A program made the position numbers and the translations under genes. A stretch of DNA of 43,192 nt from Bacteroidota bacterium (lineage in GTDB: Bacteria; Bacteroidota; Bacteroidia; JAADEI01; JALVCQ01): positions 1-43,192 of the forward strand of contig JALVCQ010000031.1 of the NCBI GenBank assembly GCA_027009805.1. The letters run 5' to 3'. Below, in pieces: positions 26,154 to 35,355 of this stretch (the stretch's first letter is position 1; each line of letters begins with the position of its first letter). Under the pieces are notes generated by a model. The model saw only the letters and a list, made by a program, of their open reading frames with translations. It had not been told where the DNA came from and searched no databases.

Positions 26154-28112
26154 TTACTTATAGCTTCGGACCGACGGTTTGACCACTTCGAATTGAAGCG
26201 GTTCTTTGTGCAACACCGGCTCGTCGGTGCCGGTATATTCCCATGCGGCTGCGTAGGCATATTCTTCGTCGTTGCGCAGCGGTTCGCCTTCGGGCGTTTG
26301 ATATTCTTCCCGAAAGTGCCCGCCGCAGCTTTCATTGCGGTGGAACGCGTCGATGATCATCAGCTTGCCCAGCTGGATGAAGTCGAGCAGCCGCTGCGCT
26401 TTTTCCAGCTCGCTGTTTTTCTCGTCGAGCTTGCCGGGCACTTTGACGTCTTTCCAGAAGCGCTCTTCGATGTCGCACACCATCCCGTAGGCTTTTTGGA
26501 GCCCTTCGGCGGTGCGGCTGATGCCGCAATAGTCCCACATGATGCGCCCGAACGTCCGGTGCAGCTCATCGACGGAAGTATTGCCGCCGATCTGGTATAT
26601 TTTTTCCATCAGGGAGCGGACCTCTTTTTCGGCCTGGTCGAATGCCGGAGCCTGCGTGTCGGGCAGCGGCGTGCGGATCTCATCGGCCAGATAGTCGCCG
26701 ATGGTGTAGGGAAGGACGAAGTAGCCGTCGGCCAGCCCTTGCATCAGGGCGGAGGCCCCCAGCCGGTTGGCGCCGTGGTCGGAGAAATTGCATTCCCCGA
26801 TAGCAAACAGCCCGGGGACGTTCGTTTGCAGTTTATAGTCCACCCACAGCCCGCCCATGGTGTAGTGCGGCGCCGGATAGATCTTCATGGGTGTGTCCCA
26901 GGGCGACTCACCGGTGATTTTTTCATACATCTCGAAGAGGTTGCCGTATCGTTGGTCGATCACATCGCGTCCCAAGCGGGCGATGGCGTCCTTAAAATCG
27001 AGAAATACGGCGTCGCCTTCGGGAATGACGCTGAACCCGGCATCACACATTTTCTTGATGGCGCGGGCGGCCACGTCCCGCGGCACCAGGTTGCCGAATG
27101 CCGGATACATTCGTTCGAGGAAGTAGTCCCGCTTTTCTTCGGGGATGTCGGCGGGCTTAATACGACCGCTGCGTACCCGTTCCACGTCGGCCTCTTCTTT
27201 CGGAACCCATACGCGGCCGTCGTTTCGCAGCGACTCGCTCATCAGCGTGAGTTTCGATTGGTATTTCCCTTCTGCGGGCAGGCAGGTGGGGTGAATTTGC
27301 GTGAAAGCGGGATTGGCAAAGTAGGCGCCGCGTTTGTGGGCACGCCATGCGGCGGTGACGTTGCTGTTCATGGCGTTGGTGGACAGATAGAACACGTTCG
27401 AATATCCGCCCGTGGCCAACACCACGGCATGTCCGCTGTATCGTTTCAGTTCGCCGGTCAGCAGGTTGCGAACGATGACGCCCCGCGCCTTGCCGTCGAT
27501 CAACACCACGTCGAGCATTTCGTGGTAGGGGAAATACTCGATTTTTTTCCGGTCCACCCAGCGCATCATGGCGCTGTATGCGCCCAGCAGCAATTGTTGA
27601 CCGGTTTGTCCGCGGGCATAGAAGGTGCGTTGCACCTGCACGCCGCCGAACGAGCGGTTGGCCAGCAGGCCGCCGTATTCGCGGGCGAAGGGCACACCCA
27701 GCGCCACCGACTGGTCGATGATGTTGGCGCTCACCTCGGCCAGTCGCCATACGTTGGCTTCCCGTGAACGATAGTCGCCCCCTTTGATGGTGTCGTAAAA
27801 AAGGCGGTAAATGCTGTCGCCGTCGCCCTGATAGTTTTTGGCGGCGTTGATGCCGCCCTGGGCGGCGATGCTGTGCGCCCGCCGCGGGCTGTCGTGATAA
27901 ACAAAAACCTTGACGTTATAGCCCAGTTGGGCAAGGGTGGCGGCGGCGGATGCACCGGCCAACCCGGCCCCCACCACGATAACGGTCAGACGTTGTTTGT
28001 TCGCAGGGCTCACCAGCCGACACTTCGACCGGTAGTCCACCCATTTGCGATCCATGGGCCCGGGCGGCACCGCCGACTCGGTGATGGGAGTTCCTTCCCG
28101 AAATTTGATCAT
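26154..28112 (-). CDS. sdhA: succinate dehydrogenase/fumarate reductase flavoprotein subunit
   Basis: 652 aa. FAD fold [12 protein letters not shown], covalent-FAD His context [20 protein letters not shown] motif. Confidence 0.95.
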   Translation of the reverse strand: MIKFREGTPITESAVPPGPMDRKWVDYRSKCRLVSPANKQRLTVIVVGAGLAGASAAATLAQLGYNVKVFVYHDSPRRAHSIAAQGGINAAKNYQGDGDSIYRLFYDTIKGGDYRSREANVWRLAEVSANIIDQSVALGVPFAREYGGLLANRSFGGVQVQRTFYARGQTGQQLLLGAYSAMMRWVDRKKIEYFPYHEMLDVVLIDGKARGVIVRNLLTGELKRYSGHAVVLATGGYSNVFYLSTNAMNSNVTAAWRAHKRGAYFANPAFTQIHPTCLPAEGKYQSKLTLMSESLRNDGRVWVPKEEADVERVRSGRIKPADIPEEKRDYFLERMYPAFGNLVPRDVAARAIKKMCDAGFSVIPEGDAVFLDFKDAIARLGRDVIDQRYGNLFEMYEKITGESPWDTPMKIYPAPHYTMGGLWVDYKLQTNVPGLFAIGECNFSDHGANRLGASALMQGLADGYFVLPYTIGDYLADEIRTPLPDTQAPAFDQAEKEVRSLMEKIYQIGGNTSVDELHRTFGRIMWDYCGISRTAEGLQKAYGMVCDIEERFWKDVKVPGKLDEKNSELEKAQRLLDFIQLGKLMIIDAFHRNESCGGHFREEYQTPEGEPLRNDEEYAYAAAWEYTGTDEPVLHKEPLQFEVVKPSVRSYK

Positions 28113-28113
28113 G

Positions 28114-28764
28114 TCAAGCCGTTTTTAAGTAGATGTAAATGGCAATCAATGCATATCCCGCCGGAACGAAGACGGCATAGAGCGTCCCGATTATCTGAAG
28201 CAGGCGGTCATATTTGAGATGGCGCAGACCCAACGTTTGCAGGCTGCTGATGAAGGCGTGTTTGAGGTGCAAACCCAAAAAGAGAAAGGCCAGCACGTAA
28301 AAGGCCGTGTAATAGGGGTTGGAGAAAGCCTCGATGACCAGGTCGTAAATGGTGGCGTCGGTGCCGATCACCCGGTAAGGCACGAAGAAGGTGTAGAAGT
28401 GAACCACCAGAAAAATCAGAATGACCGTGCCGGTGACAATCATGTTGCGGGACGTCCAGGAGGCCGACTTATTACGGACGGCGTAGCGTTGCGACCGTTT
28501 TTGTCGGCCGGATAAGAATAAGGCGAATCCGTCGATGACGTGCACCACAATGGCTGCAAACAACAAGATTTCCACGATGCGGATCAACAGGTTGTGCACC
28601 ATCGACGCCGAATATTCAATGAAGGCGGCCCCGCCGTCGCCTTTGAGCAGGAGGAAGTTGCCGATGAGGTGTTCGACAAGGAAAATAATCAGGAACAGGC
28701 CGGTGGCGGCCATGATGAGCTTGCGGCCCACCGAATATGAGAAGACCCGCGCGATGGTATTCAT
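28114..28764 (-). CDS. sdhC: succinate dehydrogenase cytochrome b subunit (b558 family)
   Basis: 216 aa with five hydrophobic spans and conserved His residues. Sits immediately upstream of sdhA. Confidence 0.85.
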   Translation of the reverse strand: MNTIARVFSYSVGRKLIMAATGLFLIIFLVEHLIGNFLLLKGDGGAAFIEYSASMVHNLLIRIVEILLFAAIVVHVIDGFALFLSGRQKRSQRYAVRNKSASWTSRNMIVTGTVILIFLVVHFYTFFVPYRVIGTDATIYDLVIEAFSNPYYTAFYVLAFLFLGLHLKHAFISSLQTLGLRHLKYDRLLQIIGTLYAVFVPAGYALIAIYIYLKTA

Positions 28765-28786
28765 GAGGGCATGCGTTTTCAGGCCT

Positions 28787-28794
28787 CAAAGATA
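28787..28794 (-). promoter_or_regulatory. candidate -7 box TATCTTTG
   Basis: Exact TAnnTTTG match on the minus strand, 22 nt upstream of the sdhC ATG. Confidence 0.35.
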
Positions 28795-28913
28795 GCAGGT
28801 TATGTATGGGGCTGAGGACAGGCCGCTAATTTGAACGTTTTTTAAACAGGTCGCCCCCCCCATCAAATAAAATGACCGATGCCGTATCTTCACCCGCTCA
28901 AAACGTCGTGGCC

Positions 28914-29447
28914 ATGAAACAAGGGTTGCTTGTGCTGGGGCTGTGGATCAGCATCGCCGCTGCAGCACAGGAAGAAGGTATCATCCCGCGCAATGCGGAC
29001 GGGAAATATGAATACGTGGAAGTGGTAAAAGCGCCCGGCCTCACGGCGGATGCCATCTTTGAGCGGGCGCAGGCATGGGTGAACGCCGAGTATAAGAACC
29101 CGCGGCAGAAGATACAGGTGCTGGATAAGGCGGGGCATCGGCTGGTGCTCAAACACAAAGTGAGGGTGCCGCGGCACGGAAAGCACGGCGCACCCGACTT
29201 TTTCGTCCATTACAAGCTGTCGATTGAGACCAAGGACGGGAGATACCGCTACCGCATCTTCAAGCTGCACGAGAACCGCGGCGGGGGGCGTTTTTATCCC
29301 ATCGAGCGATGGACCGACAAGCAAGAGCTCCCGCCCAAGGCGGCGCAGGCCTATCTGCAATATCTGGACAAGGAACTGCGGGCGCTGGCCGAACGGCTGA
29401 AAAAGTATGTGGCCTCGCCGCCGGCTTCCAAACGGGATGATTGGTAG
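28914..29447 (+). CDS. secreted DUF4468-like protein
   Basis: Start at M15 gives the signal MKQGLLVLGLWISIAAAAQ. The body (KYEYVEVVKAPGLTADAIFERAQAWVN...) resembles Bacteroidota DUF4468 proteins. This is from memory, not searched. Confidence 0.5.
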   Translation: MKQGLLVLGLWISIAAAAQEEGIIPRNADGKYEYVEVVKAPGLTADAIFERAQAWVNAEYKNPRQKIQVLDKAGHRLVLKHKVRVPRHGKHGAPDFFVHYKLSIETKDGRYRYRIFKLHENRGGGRFYPIERWTDKQELPPKAAQAYLQYLDKELRALAERLKKYVASPPASKRDDW

Positions 29448-31401
29448 GCCGGCACTGCTGGGGATGGGGCTGTGTCTCCTGACGCAGCTGGCGGCGCAGA
29501 CCGCCGACTATCGGCCGTCCCGACGGGCAAAGTGGCTCTACGAGGAAGCCCGGACGGCGTTCGGACGCTATCAGCACGAGCGGGCCGAGGCACTGCTCGA
29601 CAAGCTGTTTTCATTTGATACGATTTATCCCGCGGCCAATCAGCTGGCGGCCGAGCTGGCCGTCCGCATGCAGCGTGACTCCATGGCTGCCGCTTACTAT
29701 CAGCGGATTGTCCGTCACTTTCCGCAGCAATATGAGGCGTGGTATAACCTCGGACAGACGGCCTATAACGCGGGCATGTATGCGACGGCGGCGGCGGCCT
29801 GGGATTCGTTTCTGGTGCACGTGCCGCCCGGAGGGCGCTTCCGAAAATACCGACAATGGGCGCAGGAAAAAATCGCCATGGCCCGCTTTGCCGACAGCCT
29901 CCGCCGACATCCGCTGCCCGTGCAGCTTCACAACCTCGGCCCGGCCGTCAACACCGTTCACGACGAATATTGGCCTGTGCTCACCGGCGACGAGCAGCAC
30001 CTCTATTTCACCCGCCGCATTCCCGTCGATACGTTTGAGATGCGCCGCACAGGACAGCGCATCCAGCGCCGCTCGCAGGAAGACATCTTCTGGTCGCAAC
30101 GCTCCGATACGGGCTGGACGACGGCGCAGCCTGTGCCCGGACAGCTCAACACCGCCTACAACGAAGGCGCCATCACGATGGCGCCCGACGGTCGCTATAT
30201 TATCTTCACAGGGTGCAACTGGCCCGACGGCTACGGCAGTTGCGACCTTTACTACTCGCAACGGCGCAACGGCCGCTGGACGCGCCCCCGCAACCTGGGG
30301 CCGCCCATCAATACCGTTCACAAGGAAACACAGCCCTCACTGTCGGCCGACGGCCGGGAACTTTTTTTCAGCAGCAGCCGTCCCGGCGGACGCGGCGGGC
30401 TCGACATCTGGGTGAGCCGCCGCGGCCCCGACGGCCGGTGGCAACCACCCGTGCCGCTCGACAGCCCCGTCAACACACCTGCCAACGAGCAGGCCCCCTT
30501 CATCCATTACGACGGCGTCACGCTCTATTTCGCCTCCCGGGGGCACGCCGGCCTGGGCCGCAGCGACCTCTACCGGGCCGTTCGCGGCCCCGACGGCCGC
30601 TTCGGCGAGGTGCGCAACCTTGGCTATCCCATCAACTCCCACCGCGACGAAATCAGCCTCTACGTCTCGCCCACCACCCGCACCGCCTACATCGCCTCCG
30701 AAGCCGGCGGCTATGGCGGCCTCGATATCTATTCATTCAAGATGCCCGAAGCCGTGGCCCCCGGCCGCGCCCTCTACGTCAAAGGGCAGGTCATCGACGC
30801 CCGTACCCGAGTCCCCATCCCGCAGGCCCGCCTCGAATTTTACCGCCTTCCCGACGGCCGGAGCATCACCGTCCTGCGCACCGACGAAGCGGGCCGCTTC
30901 CTGACCACCCTCCCCGCCGGCAGCGACTACGGCATCCACGTCAGCGCCGGCCCCCGCTACCTCCTCCGCTCCATCCACCTGCCCCTGCGGGACTATCAAA
31001 AGGCCCGCCCCTACGAACGCACCATTCCCCTGACGCCCATCCAGCAGGGCGCCGCCTTCGACCTGCACAACGTCTTCTTCGACTTCGACTCCGACCGCCT
31101 CAAACCCGCCTCTCGCCGAGAGTTGCAAAGGGTCATCCAATGGCTCCGCCGCCATCCCCACATCCGCATCCGCATCATCGGCCACACCGACGACAAGGGC
31201 TCCCACGCCTACAATCAGGCGCTCTCGCTCCGCCGGGCCCGCGCCGTCCGCCGATACCTCATCGAACAAGGACATATCGCCCCCGACCGCATCGACGTCA
31301 AGGGCATGGGCGAAACCGCCCCCGTCGCTACCAACACCACCGAAGCCGGCCGTGCACAAAACCGCCGCATCGAAATCCGCATCATCGCTATCAAAAAGTA
31401 A
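29437..31401 (+). CDS. OmpA-family outer-membrane protein with TPR, PD40/TolB-like repeats and CarboxypepD_reg-like domain
   Basis: Signal MIGRPALLGMGLCLLTQLAAQ. Repeated PD40-like units (NT..NE..P.I..DG..LYF.S.R.GG.G..DI). C-terminal OmpA motif GHTDDKGSHAYNQALSLRRARAV. Confidence 0.85.
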   Translation: MIGRPALLGMGLCLLTQLAAQTADYRPSRRAKWLYEEARTAFGRYQHERAEALLDKLFSFDTIYPAANQLAAELAVRMQRDSMAAAYYQRIVRHFPQQYEAWYNLGQTAYNAGMYATAAAAWDSFLVHVPPGGRFRKYRQWAQEKIAMARFADSLRRHPLPVQLHNLGPAVNTVHDEYWPVLTGDEQHLYFTRRIPVDTFEMRRTGQRIQRRSQEDIFWSQRSDTGWTTAQPVPGQLNTAYNEGAITMAPDGRYIIFTGCNWPDGYGSCDLYYSQRRNGRWTRPRNLGPPINTVHKETQPSLSADGRELFFSSSRPGGRGGLDIWVSRRGPDGRWQPPVPLDSPVNTPANEQAPFIHYDGVTLYFASRGHAGLGRSDLYRAVRGPDGRFGEVRNLGYPINSHRDEISLYVSPTTRTAYIASEAGGYGGLDIYSFKMPEAVAPGRALYVKGQVIDARTRVPIPQARLEFYRLPDGRSITVLRTDEAGRFLTTLPAGSDYGIHVSAGPRYLLRSIHLPLRDYQKARPYERTIPLTPIQQGAAFDLHNVFFDFDSDRLKPASRRELQRVIQWLRRHPHIRIRIIGHTDDKGSHAYNQALSLRRARAVRRYLIEQGHIAPDRIDVKGMGETAPVATNTTEAGRAQNRRIEIRIIAIKK

Positions 31402-31404
31402 TGT

Positions 31405-31420
31405 TTTTGGGCGTGCCCCT
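31405..31420 (+). repeat. 16-mer TTTTTGGGCGTGCCCC (dispersed motif)
   Basis: The same 16-mer occurs at 1459..1474 and 43177..43192. TTTGGGCGTGCCCC occurs inverted at 14559..14572. Confidence 0.85.
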
Positions 31421-31460
31421 TCGGCCCTGACGGGCCTTCGGGTCGGGCCCCTGCGGGCTC

Positions 31461-31487
31461 GGCTGTTCCTGAGCTTGTCGAAGGGCT
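31461..31487 (+). repeat. 27-nt direct repeat, copy 1 (CGGCTGTTCCTGAGCTTGTCGAAGGGC)
   Basis: 26/27 identical to 31578..31604, 117 bp away. Confidence 0.85.
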
Positions 31488-31536
31488 GTTCGCTCGGCCC
31501 GCCCGTCATCCCACTCCACATCCTGCGCCACCCGCG

Positions 31537-31565
31537 TGGCTTCGACTCCGCTCAGCCAGCGGGTG
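31537..31565 (+). repeat. 29-nt dispersed motif GTGGCTTCGACTCCGCTCAGCCAGCGGGT
   Basis: 27/29 identical to 1900..1928. Confidence 0.8.
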
Positions 31566-31577
31566 TTTCCCACAGGC

Positions 31578-31604
31578 GGCGGTTCCTGAGCTTGTCGAAG
31601 GGCG
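31578..31604 (+). repeat. 27-nt direct repeat, copy 2
   Basis: CGGCGGTTCCTGAGCTTGTCGAAGGGC, 26/27 identical to 31461..31487. Confidence 0.85.
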
Positions 31605-31659
31605 GGCCGCCTCGCTGACGCTCGGCGCCCTCCGGGCCCCTCACGCGAACCAGACACTC

Positions 31660-31680
31660 CTCCCCTTTTCAAGGGGAGGC
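31660..31680. repeat. hairpin CCTCCCCTT-TTC-AAGGGGAGG
   Basis: 9-bp perfect arms with a 3-nt loop. Confidence 0.7.
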
Positions 31681-31703
31681 AGGGAGGGGTTATTGATGAC
31701 AAA

Positions 31704-31724
31704 GGGCGCAGCGCCGCTGCGCCC
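31704..31724. repeat. palindrome GGGCGCAGCG-C-CGCTGCGCCC with a CCCCTAC right end (degenerate REP-like member)
   Basis: 10-bp complementary arms. The right flank ...GCCCCTAC matches the 28-mer family. Confidence 0.7.
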
Positions 31725-31768
31725 CTACAATTGTTTTGCCGCATCAGGCAGCGAAGAAGGCCGCGCCC

Positions 31769-31784
31769 TGAGCGGAGCCGAAGG
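31769..31784 (-). repeat. inverted 16-nt copy of the core of the 29-nt motif
   Basis: CTGAGCGGAGCCGAAG is the exact reverse complement of 1904..1919. Confidence 0.75.
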
Positions 31785-31872
31785 GTGCGGAAGGAACCCC
31801 CATCCCCCGCGCGCCTTCCACTCAGCGGGTACGTTGCATCTTTGTAAGGCATATGTGCCAGCATAAACCGCT

Positions 31873-32652
31873 TTGCCGATGACACGACTTGCGATTTTTC
31901 TGCTGATGATTGCGGGAGCGCCCCTATCCGCCCAATCCATCCACGGCACCGCCGTCTATCGGATGGTGGAAGAGTCCGCCATCCGGGATATTAAGGAGAA
32001 GCTGTCCGACCTGGTCGGGCCCCTTTCCGGATGGGCGCAAAGCCTGCATCATCAATACGCCCTCGATTTTTCTCCTCAACGGGCCTATTATCATCCCTAT
32101 CGGGCCCTGAAAACCGAGCCCGTCAAGCAGCGCCGTATGCGCATCATGATCATGTCTTCGAATGCCCAGCGACAGATCTATACCGACCGGACCGCCGGCC
32201 GATGGGTGATGATCCTCGAAACATCCGACGAAACCGTCTATGTGGAAGACTCGCTGTTGGACTTCCGCTGGCGCATCCTGCCCCAGAAGCGAAAGATCGG
32301 TGACTTTATCGCCTTCAAAGCCGAGGGCGTGGTGACGCGGGTGAAATGCCCGCCCCGAGACAGCGGCCTATGCAACCTCGACACGGCCCGCATCACCGCA
32401 TGGTTTACGCCCCAGATTCCGGTGGCCTTCGGGCCTGCTATTTATGGCGGACTGCCGGGTCTGATACTTGAACTCCAAGACGGCCGCAACCATTACTATC
32501 TGGAAAAGGTGACGCTGGAAAACAAGGCAAGTGATGTGCCCGCCCCGCCGGACCACACCGCAAAGGCGGTGCGCTGGATGGAATGGCTCCGCTCCCGCCG
32601 CGACCAACAAAACGACGACCCCCGTCGTCGACGCGCCGCCTCACAACACTAA
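31873..32652 (+). CDS. GLPGLI family protein
   Basis: 259 aa with a signal peptide. Contains the literal family motif in IYGGLPGLILELQDG. Confidence 0.8.
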   Translation: MPMTRLAIFLLMIAGAPLSAQSIHGTAVYRMVEESAIRDIKEKLSDLVGPLSGWAQSLHHQYALDFSPQRAYYHPYRALKTEPVKQRRMRIMIMSSNAQRQIYTDRTAGRWVMILETSDETVYVEDSLLDFRWRILPQKRKIGDFIAFKAEGVVTRVKCPPRDSGLCNLDTARITAWFTPQIPVAFGPAIYGGLPGLILELQDGRNHYYLEKVTLENKASDVPAPPDHTAKAVRWMEWLRSRRDQQNDDPRRRRAASQH

Positions 32653-32658
32653 ACGCCC

Positions 32659-35355
32659 ATGAAACACTTTGTCTTGACCCTGGTGATTTCCGTTGGGCTT
32701 TGGCCGATAGTGTTTGCACAAGTCCACGTGGAGGGCGTGGTCACCGACACCACCGACCGGCCGCTGAGCCTCGCCAACGTCTTGCTGATGGAGGGCGGCA
32801 ACGTGGCTGCTTTCGCTGCCTCCAACGCCGACGGACGCTTTTTTCTCGAAGCCGACCCGCCCGCTTCGGGCCGCTTCTATCTCCGCGTCTCCTATCTTGG
32901 CTATGCCGACTATCTCGACAGTTTTCGGGTCGATGCCAAGACCCGCCGTTTTTCTTTCCATGTGCGGATGCAGCCGCTGCCCATCGTCCTCGACGAGGCC
33001 AGGGTGGAATATCAGGTCCCCCTCCAAATCAAAGACGACACGGTCGTTTACGAGGTCGATTCGTTCCTCCGCGGCGACGAACAAGTCCTCAAAGACATCC
33101 TCAAACGGTTGCCCGGACTGGAAGTCAGCCCTAACGGCGAAGTCTTTTTCCTCGGTAAGCGGGTGAGCAAAGTGCTGGTGGAAGGCGAAAAATTCTTCGC
33201 CGGCGACGTCAAGACCGCCGTCGAGAACGTCCCCGCCGATGTGGTGGACAAAATCGAAGTGCTCAACAACTACTCCGACGTGGGCCTGATGAAAAATGTG
33301 GTCAATCAGGGCGAGATCGCCCTCAACGTCACCCTGAAAAAAGACAAGAAAGCTTTCTGGTTCGGAAAAATCAAGGCCGGCGGGGGCGTGCCCCGTAAGT
33401 ATATGACCTCGGCGTCGTTATACCGCTATCACCCGCGGCGCAGTTTCAACATCCTCGAAATGGCCGATAATCTGGACGGCTCCGCTTTCTGGGGCCTGAC
33501 GGATTTTGCCTCCCGAGAGCGGTATGTCATCTATACGGGCAACATTCCCCAGCAGGTGGGCATCCGCCTGCGGAACGACGAGCAGACCGCCGCGCAAATT
33601 TTTCAATGGCCGGGCGAGGTCTTCCGCCAACGCCATGCCGGCGGCGGCGCCAGCGCCAACCTGAAAACGGGCCCCCACCTCAAATGGGCCTTCAACGGGG
33701 CCTTCTCCGACCGCCGCGCCCTCAGCCGCACCGAGTCGGACCGTATCTATCTGCTCGGCGACTCGGGTTTGGCCGAACACCGCGTGGACTCGACGTCCTT
33801 TCACCGCACCAACGCCGGCATGGTCGCCGGCATGGAATGGAAGCCCGCACCCCACCAACAGCTCAACTGGCAGGTCGCCGCCGTTGAACGCCGCCACCTC
33901 AAAACGCGCCGATTGATTTCCTCCCCGCAAGACGGCACCCCTTATCAGGCTCTCCAGCCCGCCGACGGCCTCCGCCGCCGCCTCTTTACCACTTTCGACC
34001 TCTTCCGAATGATCAAAGACCATCACATCGTCGCCCTTTACTTACGCCATCGCTACACCGCCTCCCGCACCACCGACCGTATCGACTTCCCCGACAGCAC
34101 CCGATGGGCCGACCACTTCCCCACCCCATGGCACGACAGCCTCATCGACCAGCAACGCACCCACCAGGACAATGAAGTGCAGGGTATGGCCGACTATTAT
34201 TATTTGTGGAATGAACAATTTCACCTGAATTTGCGGATTGGCGGCCTCCGTACACATCAGACGGGCGCTGTCGGCATGTGGACCGCCGACGCCGTTCGGC
34301 GGCCGCCCGATGCCCGCTATTACACGGACTGGACGTGGACCCGGCAAATCCTCTTTGCCGGCGTGGGCGCCCGACGAATCCAGGGGCGCGGCACCTATTC
34401 GGCCGCACTCACCGCCGTGGGCATCGGATGGAAAGGACAGGAAAAAACGGCGGGAGACTTGCAAGACCCCATAGCATGGATGCTCCTGCCGAACCTCTCC
34501 GCAGAGTGGGAATTGACCCGCGGACGCACCATCCAGCTCCGCTATTTTACCGATATGGAAACGCCCGACGCCGAATCTCTGATGCCCTTTCTTTACTATC
34601 AATCCTATCAGGCCCTTCATCAGGGCAACCCTGCCCTGACGCCCGACCTGAACCAGACCATCACCTTTTCTTTCCGGCGGATGACCAGCCGGTTTTCCGC
34701 CTATTTGAATCTGTCCTTGACCCGCGCACAAAAAAGCATCCGTTCAATACCCTTCTATCAGGGTATCGAACGCTACGTGACGTTTCAGAATATCGACTCC
34801 GACGTCTATCGGGCGGGATGGCATTCCCACATCTACCGGAATTGGGCCCGATGGGAACTCTCCGGCTTTATCTCGCTGGGCGGATGGTACACGTGGGACT
34901 GGTGGGCCGCCGAAGGCACGCGGCAGCCCACGCCCTGGTGGCAGGCCTATTGCAATTTTAACCTTGTCTGGGAGCGCCTTCACCCGGTAGCGCTGGCCAT
35001 CGACGGTCAGTGGTCTTTCTATCAGGCGTTTTCAGCTGTTCCGCAACCGCCGTCGCTCTCGGGGAATGTGGGGCCGCGCCTCGCCGTCGAATTGCACAAC
35101 GGCGTGCGGATGGATATCCATTATTTCCCCCATGCCGTATGGACGCCCAACCAGACTTTCCGAATGTATCCCAACCTCGAAGCCTCCATCAGCTACGAAA
35201 AAGAAGGCTCTCCCTGGCACTTTGCCATCGAAGGCCAGAACCTGCTGGCACAAGAAAGCCGTGAGACCTTCGGCGGCTCAGAAGCCATGCTCTTCCACAC
35301 CCGCCGTTTCCTGATGGGGCCCTATGGGGTGTTGACGATCCGCTATCGGCTGTGA
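32659..35355 (+). CDS. large outer-membrane beta-barrel protein with N-terminal CarboxypepD_reg-like domain (TonB-dependent-receptor-like)
   Basis: 898 aa. Signal peptide, then VEGVVTDTTDRPLSLANVLLMEGG...NADGRFFLE, a plug-like region, and a long alternating Tyr/Trp/Arg-rich barrel ending GVLTIRYRL. Starts 6 nt after the GLPGLI gene. Confidence 0.72.
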   Translation: MKHFVLTLVISVGLWPIVFAQVHVEGVVTDTTDRPLSLANVLLMEGGNVAAFAASNADGRFFLEADPPASGRFYLRVSYLGYADYLDSFRVDAKTRRFSFHVRMQPLPIVLDEARVEYQVPLQIKDDTVVYEVDSFLRGDEQVLKDILKRLPGLEVSPNGEVFFLGKRVSKVLVEGEKFFAGDVKTAVENVPADVVDKIEVLNNYSDVGLMKNVVNQGEIALNVTLKKDKKAFWFGKIKAGGGVPRKYMTSASLYRYHPRRSFNILEMADNLDGSAFWGLTDFASRERYVIYTGNIPQQVGIRLRNDEQTAAQIFQWPGEVFRQRHAGGGASANLKTGPHLKWAFNGAFSDRRALSRTESDRIYLLGDSGLAEHRVDSTSFHRTNAGMVAGMEWKPAPHQQLNWQVAAVERRHLKTRRLISSPQDGTPYQALQPADGLRRRLFTTFDLFRMIKDHHIVALYLRHRYTASRTTDRIDFPDSTRWADHFPTPWHDSLIDQQRTHQDNEVQGMADYYYLWNEQFHLNLRIGGLRTHQTGAVGMWTADAVRRPPDARYYTDWTWTRQILFAGVGARRIQGRGTYSAALTAVGIGWKGQEKTAGDLQDPIAWMLLPNLSAEWELTRGRTIQLRYFTDMETPDAESLMPFLYYQSYQALHQGNPALTPDLNQTITFSFRRMTSRFSAYLNLSLTRAQKSIRSIPFYQGIERYVTFQNIDSDVYRAGWHSHIYRNWARWELSGFISLGGWYTWDWWAAEGTRQPTPWWQAYCNFNLVWERLHPVALAIDGQWSFYQAFSAVPQPPSLSGNVGPRLAVELHNGVRMDIHYFPHAVWTPNQTFRMYPNLEASISYEKEGSPWHFAIEGQNLLAQESRETFGGSEAMLFHTRRFLMGPYGVLTIRYRL

